A stretch of 64,000 bases of DNA from positions 32,001 through 96,000 of IMG/VR virus record IMGVR_UViG_3300043399_000524, one strand, 5' to 3'. Under the pieces are notes generated by a model, which worked only from the letters and a program-made list of their open reading frames with translations, had not been told where the DNA came from and made no database searches. The stretch comes from a virus. Below are positions 36,322-45,443 of this stretch, piece by piece. How positions within the stretch are numbered: position 1 is the stretch's first letter; every line of letters begins with the position of its first letter. Position numbers and translations under genes: made by a program.

Positions 36322-37756
36322 AGATAATAGTTACCCAGTTGAGAAGCAAAAATATTTTTTACGAATGATGTTAACTAACGCAGAGTTGTTTACCCGTGTT
36401 ACTAACATCTATAATGCAATCAATTTTGATAAATCAATCAGACCTGTTGCTGAGTTTATCAAACACCACGCTGACGAATACAAGATACTACCTGAGTTTG
36501 AACAAGTAGAAGCCGTTACAGGGATTAAACTTGATCCTATTCAAAACTTAAATCAAGGACATTATGATTGGTTTTTGGAACAGTTTGAAAAATTTACTAA
36601 ACGACAAGAACTAGAACGTGCGATTTTAAAGAGTGCTGACTTGCTTGAAAAAGGTGAATATGATCCTGTTGAAAAATTAATCAAAGATGCGGTACAAATA
36701 AGTCTACAAAAAGACATGGGTATGGATTACTTTGCTGATCCACGTGGTCGGTTGTTAGCATTGAAATCTAATAATGGTCAAGTCAGTACAGGTTGGCCTA
36801 GCATGGACAAGAAACTATATGGTGGTTTTAACCGCGGTGAACTGCAAATCTTTGCAGGAGGCTCAGGTTCTGGTAAGAGTTTGTTCATGCAAAACTTAGC
36901 AGTTAATTGGACTAGTATGGGACTGAACGGAGTATATATCACACTAGAACTTAGTGAAGGCTTGTGTTCTATGCGTATTGACTCCATGACCACTGAAACA
37001 TCTAGTCGTGAAATTTTCAAATCAATTGATGATATTGAAATGAAAATTAAAATGATGAGTAAGAAGTATGGTAAGTTCCGTGTCAAATATATGCCGGCAC
37101 AAAGTAATGTCAACGATATCAGAGCATATTGTAAAGAACTACAGATCCAAACAGGTATGAATATTGACTTTTTGTGTATTGACTATTTGGACTTATTGAT
37201 GCCAGTATCTGCAAAAGTCAGTCCGAGTGATTTGTTTGTTAAAGACAAATATGTTGCAGAAGAAGTGCGTAACTTAGCAAAAGAGTTAAATGTATTATTA
37301 GTAACAGCATCGCAGTTGAATCGTAGTGCTGTAGAGGAGATTGAATTTGACCACAGTCATATTAGTGGCGGTATTAGTAAAATCAATACTGCGGACAATG
37401 TATTTGGAATCTTTACATCCAGGTCTATGCGTGAGCGCGGGCAGTATCAATTGCAATTGATGAAAACTCGTAGTAGTAGTGGTGTAGGACAAAAGATTGA
37501 ACTTGAATTTAATGTAGAAACATTAAGGATTACCGATCCTGATCCTGAAGGTTACGGGGAACAACAATCTAAGTTTAAACCTAGTCCCAGCCCCAATGAC
37601 ATTATGAATAGGTTAAAGCCCCAATCTACAATAGTTTCTACTGAACCTATAGTTGACCAGAATACAGGAGAAGTCTTGGAACCGTCAAACAAGAAGGTTG
37701 TTGTGGACGTTCAGGGATCAAAACTCAAGACTTTATTGAATAGTTTAAAGAAATAA
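36305..37756 (+). CDS. replicative helicase (T4 gp41/DnaB-like)
   Basis: GGSGSGKS, ITLEL, IDYLDL, ASQLNR, KTRS. Confidence 0.93.
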   Translation: MKKDYEDNSYPVEKQKYFLRMMLTNAELFTRVTNIYNAINFDKSIRPVAEFIKHHADEYKILPEFEQVEAVTGIKLDPIQNLNQGHYDWFLEQFEKFTKRQELERAILKSADLLEKGEYDPVEKLIKDAVQISLQKDMGMDYFADPRGRLLALKSNNGQVSTGWPSMDKKLYGGFNRGELQIFAGGSGSGKSLFMQNLAVNWTSMGLNGVYITLELSEGLCSMRIDSMTTETSSREIFKSIDDIEMKIKMMSKKYGKFRVKYMPAQSNVNDIRAYCKELQIQTGMNIDFLCIDYLDLLMPVSAKVSPSDLFVKDKYVAEEVRNLAKELNVLLVTASQLNRSAVEEIEFDHSHISGGISKINTADNVFGIFTSRSMRERGQYQLQLMKTRSSSGVGQKIELEFNVETLRITDPDPEGYGEQQSKFKPSPSPNDIMNRLKPQSTIVSTEPIVDQNTGEVLEPSNKKVVVDVQGSKLKTLLNSLKK

Positions 37757-37783
37757 AAACGGCTTCAGACTAAATACTATATC

Positions 37784-38038
37784 ATGCAAAAACAAACTCG
37801 CAGTCTTTTAGAGGAATTAGAGGCCATTGGTAATAATCGTGATACCGCTCACATTATTGAGAGCAGGGGTCACAACATTATTACTAGCGCCATCAATTTA
37901 ATTGAAATGATTAATAAATACTATTCTCCTGATCAGGCTGAGATTTTAGAAAGAAAATTATTGAGTGCCATTAAAAGCAAGGATCAATCTAGATTTTCTA
38001 AGTCTATAAAAAAGAATAGTAAAAATGAACCCATCTGA
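37784..38038 (+). CDS. hypothetical protein
   Basis: CTAAATA at 37770-37776. Confidence 0.65.
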   Translation: MQKQTRSLLEELEAIGNNRDTAHIIESRGHNIITSAINLIEMINKYYSPDQAEILERKLLSAIKSKDQSRFSKSIKKNSKNEPI

Positions 38039-39170
38039 TGAACTATCATTGCTAAAATCTAAGATTGAAGAATTAAGTCTTTTTGAAGGTAAAGGTCATT
38101 TAGACCATCCTGAGGATTTGATATTTTTAGATGGAACTCAGGGCGCTAATCATGCTATACAGGCATCAGTGGCCACAGTTAATAATCCACAAACAGTTAC
38201 TATCAAATGGGATGGATATCCTGCATTAATTTTTGGTCGTGGAACTAATGGTAAGTTCACTATAATGGACAAACACATGTTCAATAAAAAAGATTTATCA
38301 GGAAGACAAGTCTTTAGTCCAGAACAGTTTGTTCAGTATGACCGAGCACGTGGAGTAGACCGCACTGGATTACATCAAATAATTAACGAAATATGGCCTG
38401 GTCTAGAAAAGTCAGACCGTAGCAAAGGGTACTATTGGGGTGACCTACTATTCAGTCAGCCACTGCAAGACCAAAACGGTATGTATAAGTTTAGAGCCAA
38501 TCCCAATGGTATCACATATACCGTAGATACAGATAGTGAAGTAGGGCAGTTATTTAAAGGAAAGCAAGCGGGAATAGTTGTTCATCAATTTATTCCTGCT
38601 ACAGCAGTGACCACTGACGAGGCAACTCCTTTAGATGGCACTATAGGTAGTTTAAAAAATAATAGCAATGTTGCTATTGTTCCTGCCAAGATGCCTATAA
38701 CTCCTAAACTAAAGTTGAATAACAGTTTAGTCAAAAAAGCACAAGCTGCTATTGCTAAGTACGGCAAAGATGTGGATCAGATGCTAAATACTGCTCCACA
38801 GGCAGCATCTGCCTTTCGTACTATGTTTACTACCTACATCAATAAAAAGATTGTTGCAGGAGATTTGAACAATTTAGTAGATGGTTTTATGGAATTCTTC
38901 AATAGCCGTCCAATGACCGAAACTATGCGTCAAAAGTTAACACAACATTTACAAGCTAACAAAGCAGGACTAATAGGGGCATTCACCATTTGGGCTGCAC
39001 TATATCAATTAAAAATGTCTATTGTTGACCAATTAAACAGAGCAGCAGAGGCTAGCCCCGTTAAGGGTTATTTACAAGACGGCACACAAACTCAAGAAGG
39101 TTTTGTCAGTCAAGGGTTAAAATTCGTTGATAGAATGGGTTTTTCACGCCAAAATCTTGCAGGCCGATAG
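38025..39170 (+). CDS. conserved phage protein with KWDG motif (DUF6267-like)
   Basis: HLDHPEDL, TIKWDGYPA, EGFV...KFVDR. Confidence 0.6.
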   Translation: MNPSDELSLLKSKIEELSLFEGKGHLDHPEDLIFLDGTQGANHAIQASVATVNNPQTVTIKWDGYPALIFGRGTNGKFTIMDKHMFNKKDLSGRQVFSPEQFVQYDRARGVDRTGLHQIINEIWPGLEKSDRSKGYYWGDLLFSQPLQDQNGMYKFRANPNGITYTVDTDSEVGQLFKGKQAGIVVHQFIPATAVTTDEATPLDGTIGSLKNNSNVAIVPAKMPITPKLKLNNSLVKKAQAAIAKYGKDVDQMLNTAPQAASAFRTMFTTYINKKIVAGDLNNLVDGFMEFFNSRPMTETMRQKLTQHLQANKAGLIGAFTIWAALYQLKMSIVDQLNRAAEASPVKGYLQDGTQTQEGFVSQGLKFVDRMGFSRQNLAGR

Positions 39171-39251
39171 CCCAAAACCAAGATTTTTTTCTACCAGGAC
39201 TAAATAAGTGTATGAATCTATATGATTCAAACATTTTAAAGGAATAATATC

Positions 39252-39674
39252 ATGGCAGGATTTACACGTACTCATGGTGATGCACAACCAGTATTTGCAA
39301 TGGACGTTCAGAACGGTCCAGTAGCTTCTTCAGCAGCAGCAAACGGTACAACTACTAACTTCATCGGTCCAGCAATGGACTTCTTCGGTTTCGACCTAGG
39401 TGCTGCTCCAACAGACCAATTAGGCGTTGACGAAATGGTTGCTCAAGTTCTAGTTTCTATCGAGCAATTAGCTACAGTTATGATGTACAGCGTAAGCGCA
39501 ACAGCTAACGTGACAAACATGTCTGTTGCTGTATACCCAGTTGGTGCATACACAGCGGCTGCCCTACAGACACAAATTCGTGCTCTAGGTACAGTTAACG
39601 GTTATGACCTAAGCGGTGCAACAGTAACTAACGTTGGTTTCCGTCTAGCTTCTACAGCTACAAGCGCAAGCTAA
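39252..39674 (+). CDS. putative virion protein
   Basis: Late promoter 39200, AAAGGA SD, A/T/G-rich protein, terminator follows. Confidence 0.65.
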   Translation: MAGFTRTHGDAQPVFAMDVQNGPVASSAAANGTTTNFIGPAMDFFGFDLGAAPTDQLGVDEMVAQVLVSIEQLATVMMYSVSATANVTNMSVAVYPVGAYTAAALQTQIRALGTVNGYDLSGATVTNVGFRLASTATSAS

Positions 39675-39692
39675 TCAGTTGTTTATCAACAG

Positions 39693-39724
39693 AAAAATCC
39701 GAGATTTATTCTCGGATTTTTTTT
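39693..39724 (+). terminator. intrinsic terminator
   Basis: AAAAATCCGAGA-tttat-TCTCGGATTTTT plus T run. Confidence 0.8.
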
Positions 39725-39740
39725 GCCTCTAAATATAGAT

Positions 39741-40205
39741 ATGAGTTTTAAAGTAAGTTGCTATACACTATTTGATATCACTCAAACGGGTGTAATCAAT
39801 AGAAGTCGTCCCGGTCCAGAAGATGAACCTGATGTATGGCTACACAAAAGAAATACGCAATGTAATTTTGATACAATATTGCAAGTAATTTCATTACGCA
39901 GCCAACCAGAAGAAATTGGAATTCCCAAATTAATTAAAATCAAATTCAATGAATTTGATAATTTTGGGTTTTTGTTTAGTCAGGAACCCGACGAAGAATA
40001 TAATTGCTGGACATTTGATTTTACCATACATCATCCTAGTGTATTCTATGATGGTATTACAGAATTAGGTCATTTATACGCTGATTGCGATCAGGTACCT
40101 ATGATAAAAACAAATACAACATGGGATAAACTTCCTGCGTTTTTGGACTCTACGGATGAATTACGTAACATTTATTTTAAGGTGATTGAAAATGAGGATA
40201 ACTGA
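39741..40205 (+). CDS. hypothetical protein
   Basis: CTAAATA immediately upstream. Confidence 0.65.
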   Translation: MSFKVSCYTLFDITQTGVINRSRPGPEDEPDVWLHKRNTQCNFDTILQVISLRSQPEEIGIPKLIKIKFNEFDNFGFLFSQEPDEEYNCWTFDFTIHHPSVFYDGITELGHLYADCDQVPMIKTNTTWDKLPAFLDSTDELRNIYFKVIENEDN

Positions 40206-40680
40206 GACAGAAATTGAAAGAAAATTAAATCGAATAATTTCTTATAGGGAAATGAATGATTTGCAGTCAATTTCTATATTTGAACTGTCACCTAATTACT
40301 ATTCTGTATTTGGTAAATATTATATCAATAAAAAATCAAAAACATCGGTAGAAGTATTAGAATTAAATGGGGAATTAGTTCATACTTTTTTTAGTATGCG
40401 TAATGCAATTTGTTGGTGTATAAATGATTTGCGTGGAAAATATATTTCAGCGAATAGAGTAATTACATTAGACAAAAACATATCCAATGAAGAAGCTCAA
40501 ATAGCAGTACACAAATTATTGTTTAAAAAAGCTAAAAACACAGATGACAAATTGATTTTTTTGGCTAAATTGAATGAAGAAAAGCTAAAAAGAAGCAAAA
40601 TGATGGGTGAATTAGAGTCATACATCATAGAATCCAACTATTGGCAACAAAGTAAGTTTAACTTAAAAACCGAATATTAA
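40192..40680 (+). CDS. hypothetical protein
   Basis: Coupled ORF. Confidence 0.6.
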   Translation: MRITETEIERKLNRIISYREMNDLQSISIFELSPNYYSVFGKYYINKKSKTSVEVLELNGELVHTFFSMRNAICWCINDLRGKYISANRVITLDKNISNEEAQIAVHKLLFKKAKNTDDKLIFLAKLNEEKLKRSKMMGELESYIIESNYWQQSKFNLKTEY

Positions 40681-40725
40681 AGCCAAAAATGATAAATAAG
40701 ATATACTAGTCTTAGGACCCTAACT

Positions 40726-41436
40726 ATGAAATTAACAGATTTTGATAAAAAGCCAGTAGAAGTTGCTCAAAGAGCACTAAAAGAACATTATGGTAGATCC
40801 ATTGATGTTAGCAAAATGTCTTACGCACAAGTAAGAACAATGCTCAGTAAAGTTCGTGGATTAATGAACGAATCAAAAGCAAGCAGCGACTACTACAAAG
40901 ATAACTCAGCATACATGAAACTAGTTTTCATGGAGCAAGCACTAAGCAAGCAATTTGCTCAACTAAGCGCAAATCGTCCTCGCATTGTTGTCGAAAATGA
41001 AGAAGTTGAAAAGTCTCAGACTATTCTTGCTGCTCAAGATATGGTTGATTCTATTCAAAAGATGGTTGAGCAAGTTTCTGACATGATTGTCAAAGAATTG
41101 CCTGCACTAGTTGATAGCGTTCAAAGTGAAATCGGTGTCAATGAAAGCCAACAGTTTCAGCAGCAGGCCAGCGAGGCATTGACTTCCCTGCAAGCAGCAT
41201 TGACACAAAGCCAAACAACAATGAAGGAAGCCGTCAATGGCATCACCGGTCAAGGTGGCATGGGAGCATTTGATGCTGGCGCCGACATGGGAGCAGATGC
41301 AGATATGGGCGGAGAAGAATTTGCTGACATAGGTGCTTCTGAAGAACTTCCCGGAGGCGAGGAAGAAGTTGATCTAGACATAGGTGCTGAAGAAGAACCT
41401 GAAGATGTTGGGTCAGTAGGCCGCGCCAAAAGATAA
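40726..41436 (+). CDS. helical acidic protein, possible prohead core/scaffold
   Basis: Late promoter 40691; coiled coil; D/E/G-rich tail. Confidence 0.55.
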   Translation: MKLTDFDKKPVEVAQRALKEHYGRSIDVSKMSYAQVRTMLSKVRGLMNESKASSDYYKDNSAYMKLVFMEQALSKQFAQLSANRPRIVVENEEVEKSQTILAAQDMVDSIQKMVEQVSDMIVKELPALVDSVQSEIGVNESQQFQQQASEALTSLQAALTQSQTTMKEAVNGITGQGGMGAFDAGADMGADADMGGEEFADIGASEELPGGEEEVDLDIGAEEEPEDVGSVGRAKR

Positions 41437-41437
41437 T

Positions 41438-41758
41438 ATGAGATTATTTGAGTTCACCGACAGTCCACTAGTGGTTGGGTTGGTAGCAAGTACTAACCAG
41501 CTTAAACACGAAATAGATAGTGGTAAAGCAAGACCTGATTGGACTGTAGCAGAACTATTGAATTATTATAAAGATAATGATATCATTATCGACAAGAGCG
41601 ATTTGTATAATATGATTAAACAACCTCCCCTAAATAAGTATATTACAAATATACAAGGGGACAATGTAGTTTTCAAAGGACAATCAGAACCGGGTGAGCA
41701 AAAGCCTGACGAGAAGAAAAAGGTTGTTCAGCAAATGGCTAAAAAAGCAATGAAATGA
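41438..41758 (+). CDS. hypothetical protein
   Basis: MRLFEF start; coupled. Confidence 0.65.
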   Translation: MRLFEFTDSPLVVGLVASTNQLKHEIDSGKARPDWTVAELLNYYKDNDIIIDKSDLYNMIKQPPLNKYITNIQGDNVVFKGQSEPGEQKPDEKKKVVQQMAKKAMK

Positions 41759-42075
41759 TAACTCTGACAGACAAAGCAAAAAGTAAAATACAACAACAAA
41801 TTAAAAAGCGTGGCAAAGGCCTGGGTATTCGTGTAGGAGTTAAGACTACAGGTTGCTCAGGTTTAGCTTATGTGCTTGAGTATGTTGACAATCCAGTAGA
41901 GGGTGATATCGCTGTTGATTGCGAGGGTTGCTCATTGTTTGTTGATCCTAAAAGTTGCCCATATGTTCAAGGTATGACTATTGATTTTGTTAGAAATGGA
42001 CTTAATGAAGGTTTTGAATTTAGCAATCCAAACGAGCGTGACCGTTGCGGTTGCGGGGAAAGTTTCAGAGTATAA
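41755..42075 (+). CDS. iscA: Fe-S cluster assembly A-type carrier IscA/HesB
   Basis: TTGCSGLAY, F.NPN...CGCGESF. Confidence 0.95.
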   Translation: MITLTDKAKSKIQQQIKKRGKGLGIRVGVKTTGCSGLAYVLEYVDNPVEGDIAVDCEGCSLFVDPKSCPYVQGMTIDFVRNGLNEGFEFSNPNERDRCGCGESFRV

Positions 42076-42113
42076 GTATTGACAATGATTGATTCTTGTG
42101 CTAGAATTAAAGA

Positions 42114-42800
42114 ATGTATATTCCAAACAAATATAATTATGTTTCAATTAATAGGGAAACAATAAATGGTGAACGAAGATACGCTACACCTGACGGTGAG
42201 AAACTACCTAGCGTAACTACGATACTTTCTGCAACAGCCCCAAAAGAAAAACTTCAAGCATTGCAGGAATGGCGCAATCGTGTGGGCCATAAACAAGCAC
42301 AGGCAATCACTACAGAAGCTGCAGGCCGTGGCACACGAATGCACAAGTGGTTAGAAGATTATGTAAAAACAGGAGTTATAGGTGTCCCCGGAAGCAATCC
42401 ATACAGCATCCAAAGCCATAAAATGGCATCTACCATCATTTATGAAGGACTTAGTAAATGTAATGAATATTGGGGGACAGAAGTTCCCCTTTATTTTCCT
42501 AAAGTATATGCCGGAACAACTGACCTGGTTGGCGTTCATGATGGTAGTCCTGCTATCATGGATCACAAGCAATCTAACAAATTGAAAAAGCGTGAGTGGA
42601 TCGAAGACTATTTCCTACAGTTAGCAGCGTACGCCAATGCACACAACGAAGTACACGGTACAAATATTCGCAAGGGTGTCATTTTTATGTGTACCGCAGA
42701 CAATATCTACCAAGAATTCATCGTTGAGGGTAATGAATTTGATGAGTGGACAAACAAATGGTTTGAACGGGTTGAAAAATATTACACACAGTTCTTGTAA
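42114..42800 (+). CDS. PD-(D/E)XK exonuclease
   Basis: LPSVTTIL, RGTRMH, TE, AGTTD, DHKQS, QLAAY. Confidence 0.85.
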   Translation: MYIPNKYNYVSINRETINGERRYATPDGEKLPSVTTILSATAPKEKLQALQEWRNRVGHKQAQAITTEAAGRGTRMHKWLEDYVKTGVIGVPGSNPYSIQSHKMASTIIYEGLSKCNEYWGTEVPLYFPKVYAGTTDLVGVHDGSPAIMDHKQSNKLKKREWIEDYFLQLAAYANAHNEVHGTNIRKGVIFMCTADNIYQEFIVEGNEFDEWTNKWFERVEKYYTQFL

Positions 42801-42844
42801 TGGATTTTAGATAAATAAGTATAAATCTGCAAAGAATTACACTT

Positions 42845-45439
42845 ATGGCTATTATACAAATTTCAAAAATCCAACAAAGATCCGGAAACTTAGTCGATCT
42901 ACCACAACTTGATGAAGCTCAATTTGGTTGGGCTACAGACGCTAAGAAATTGTTCATTGGTAAAACCACAGGAAACATAGAAAATATTGAAGTATTAACT
43001 AGTTATTCCAATATTAGTTTCAGCCAAATTGATGGGTCTGACGGCGGCAATTTTAATATTAGCAACGCTACTAATGGACAAATACTGACATATGTAGAGT
43101 TAACAAATACTTGGGAGAATTGGACAGGAAATGCATCTCAACTAAGTAATTCAAAAATACAATTAGGTGATGTTTCAAACATCAGTATAGAAGGCGGCGC
43201 AACTGGCTATGTCTTAGAAACAGATGGTGTAGGTAATCTTGCCTGGACAAGTAAGGGAACATTAAGGTCGGCCATTTATGGGTTATCAAATGCAACTCCC
43301 ATAATAATGACAGTTGAAAATACTACTCCATATACAAATAAATTACCAGTTACTATTAGTGGCGCAAATGCAGATAATGCTAACTCAATTGTAAATGGAC
43401 AAACCTTCTTTGTTAAACTATCAGTAGATTTCCCTACAACTGGAAATGTTGAATTATATACCTCCTCTAATTTAGATATGGCTAATGCGGCAGTAGGTAC
43501 AGGGTTAAACAACTATGTTTCAAATTCAGGTATAGCAACTGCACTATTAAGTGCTGGGGTAGTACCCAATGCAGGCGGCTCCGTCAATACTATACAGTTT
43601 AATAACAGTGGAATATTAGACGGTTCGGCAAACTTTACTTTTTCTGGTGGAAACTTAGTAACATTGAATGGTAATCTTATTGCTGGTAATGTGAACGGTG
43701 GAAATCTAGTATCAGCAAATTACGTTTCGGGTGTGTTGACTACAGCATCACAACCTAACATTACTGCTACTGGTGTATTAGCAAATTTAAGTATTAGTGG
43801 CAACATCAATGTTGGGGATATAAATGTTTCTGGTAATATAATACCCACTGCAAATGTAACTTATAATTTAGGTAATTCTACTAACGCATTTAAAGATTTG
43901 TATCTTTCTGGTACAAGCATTTCACTAGGAACGCAAACAATAACGTCAAACGTTAACGGAGTAATATTATCTAATACAGTTTTTGCATCTGCTTTAAGTA
44001 TAACCGGTAATGCAGATATTGGAAATATTAATACTAGTGGCACAATAAGTTCTACTGGTACTGCTACAGTTGGTAATTTAAGCACAGGTGGCACAATAAC
44101 TTCTACTGGTACTGCTACAGTTGGTAATTTAACTACTAGTGGTACAATAACTTCTACCGGTACTGCTACAGTTGGTAATTTAACTACTGGTGGTACAATA
44201 ACTTCTACTGGTAATATTGCCGGTGGAAACTTAACAACAAATGGAAACGTAACGGCTAATAACATTTCTGCTACTGGTAACGTTACCGCTGCAAATTTTA
44301 TCGGATCAGGTAATGGATCTCCTACTATTAATAGTGCAAGCACTTTAACTATTTCTGCTAATTCAGGGGTGACATTAGGCAATGTTACTATTTTATCTAC
44401 TGGCTCCAATACTACCGCAGGAACAATTGTTGGTAATTGGACGTTAGATGGAAGTTTTAATGCATCAGGTAATTTGGGTACATCTGGTAATTTGAGTTCA
44501 ACTGGTAATTTAAATATTACTGGTAACATGACAATTGCTACGAGTCCTGTTTTAAATAGTAAATTTGGTGTAATATCTTCTGGAAGATTATTGGGAGTAT
44601 ACACTAATAGAGTCGGTATTGGTAGTTATTATGCTGATTATAATGGTACTAATGATATTACATCTGCTGATGCTACTAGCGTAAGTAGACTAGGTACTAT
44701 TTTGGATACCGGAATAGCTTCATCAAATACTTCTGTTGCATTCGGTACCAGTTACGGCAGCAATCCGGCAGGTCTAGCATTTGTTTCTGGTACTGCACAG
44801 GACGTACTTAGAATCGCTACTGGTTTACCGCCTACTTATACGGGAAATATCAATGCTGTTTTATTGGGGTACCCCAGCGGTGGACCAAGAATTCTAGTGC
44901 AGAATTATGCACTTGTCGATGATTCACCGAATACTATCACTCATGTTGCTACTACACATAAATTTGTAGGAGAATTATCAACAACAAATATTACAACCGG
45001 CGCAAACACGACCGCAGGAAGTTTGACAGGAAATTGGACATTAACAGCAGGATCTCAATTACAAGCAACATACGCTGACTTGGCTGAATATTACGAAGCT
45101 GATGCTACTTATGAACCAGGAACAGTTTTAGAATTTGGCGGACTAAAAGAAGTTACATTAGCTGAAGATGAAACAACTAAAGTAGCAGGTGTTGTTTCAA
45201 CCAATCCGGCTTATGTGATGAATACCAACTGTAAAGGGTTTGCCGTAGCTATTGCTCTGCAAGGAAGAGTTCCAGTAAAAGTTAAAGGCAATATAAAGAA
45301 GGGTGATATGATGGTTAGTGCTGGTGATGGATTTGCAAGACCCACAAATAGCCCTAAATTAGGTACTATCATAGGAAAAGCATTGGCTGACTTCAATGGA
45401 ATTGAGGGTATAATAGAAATTGCTGTAGGAAGATTGTAA
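42845..45439 (+). CDS. tail fibre/adhesin with C-terminal autocleaving chaperone-like domain
   Basis: N-terminal QI...LPQL..FGW.TD..KLFIG; GN/T beta-repeats; YADLAEY...GVVST.PAY...GRVPVKV (peptidase G2-like). Confidence 0.75.
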   Translation: MAIIQISKIQQRSGNLVDLPQLDEAQFGWATDAKKLFIGKTTGNIENIEVLTSYSNISFSQIDGSDGGNFNISNATNGQILTYVELTNTWENWTGNASQLSNSKIQLGDVSNISIEGGATGYVLETDGVGNLAWTSKGTLRSAIYGLSNATPIIMTVENTTPYTNKLPVTISGANADNANSIVNGQTFFVKLSVDFPTTGNVELYTSSNLDMANAAVGTGLNNYVSNSGIATALLSAGVVPNAGGSVNTIQFNNSGILDGSANFTFSGGNLVTLNGNLIAGNVNGGNLVSANYVSGVLTTASQPNITATGVLANLSISGNINVGDINVSGNIIPTANVTYNLGNSTNAFKDLYLSGTSISLGTQTITSNVNGVILSNTVFASALSITGNADIGNINTSGTISSTGTATVGNLSTGGTITSTGTATVGNLTTSGTITSTGTATVGNLTTGGTITSTGNIAGGNLTTNGNVTANNISATGNVTAANFIGSGNGSPTINSASTLTISANSGVTLGNVTILSTGSNTTAGTIVGNWTLDGSFNASGNLGTSGNLSSTGNLNITGNMTIATSPVLNSKFGVISSGRLLGVYTNRVGIGSYYADYNGTNDITSADATSVSRLGTILDTGIASSNTSVAFGTSYGSNPAGLAFVSGTAQDVLRIATGLPPTYTGNINAVLLGYPSGGPRILVQNYALVDDSPNTITHVATTHKFVGELSTTNITTGANTTAGSLTGNWTLTAGSQLQATYADLAEYYEADATYEPGTVLEFGGLKEVTLAEDETTKVAGVVSTNPAYVMNTNCKGFAVAIALQGRVPVKVKGNIKKGDMMVSAGDGFARPTNSPKLGTIIGKALADFNGIEGIIEIAVGRL
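44039..44213 (+). repeat. 51-bp (17-aa) tandem repeat, about 3.4 copies
   Basis: Units start at 44039, 44090, 44141, 44192; GTITSTGTATVGNL(S/T)T(G/S). Confidence 0.92.
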
Positions 45440-45443
45440 AAAT

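Noticed and set aside
42114-42800. Cas4 assignment for the PD-(D/E)XK nuclease next to IscA
   Set aside because: Lacks the four-Cys Fe-S motif, so a functional link to IscA is unsupported
44039-44213. Tandem repeat as a CRISPR array
   Set aside because: No unique spacers, in-frame coding repeat, no cas genes
43861-44604. 247-aa minus ORF with VPVEVIVP repeats
   Set aside because: Antisense mirror of the tail fibre repeat
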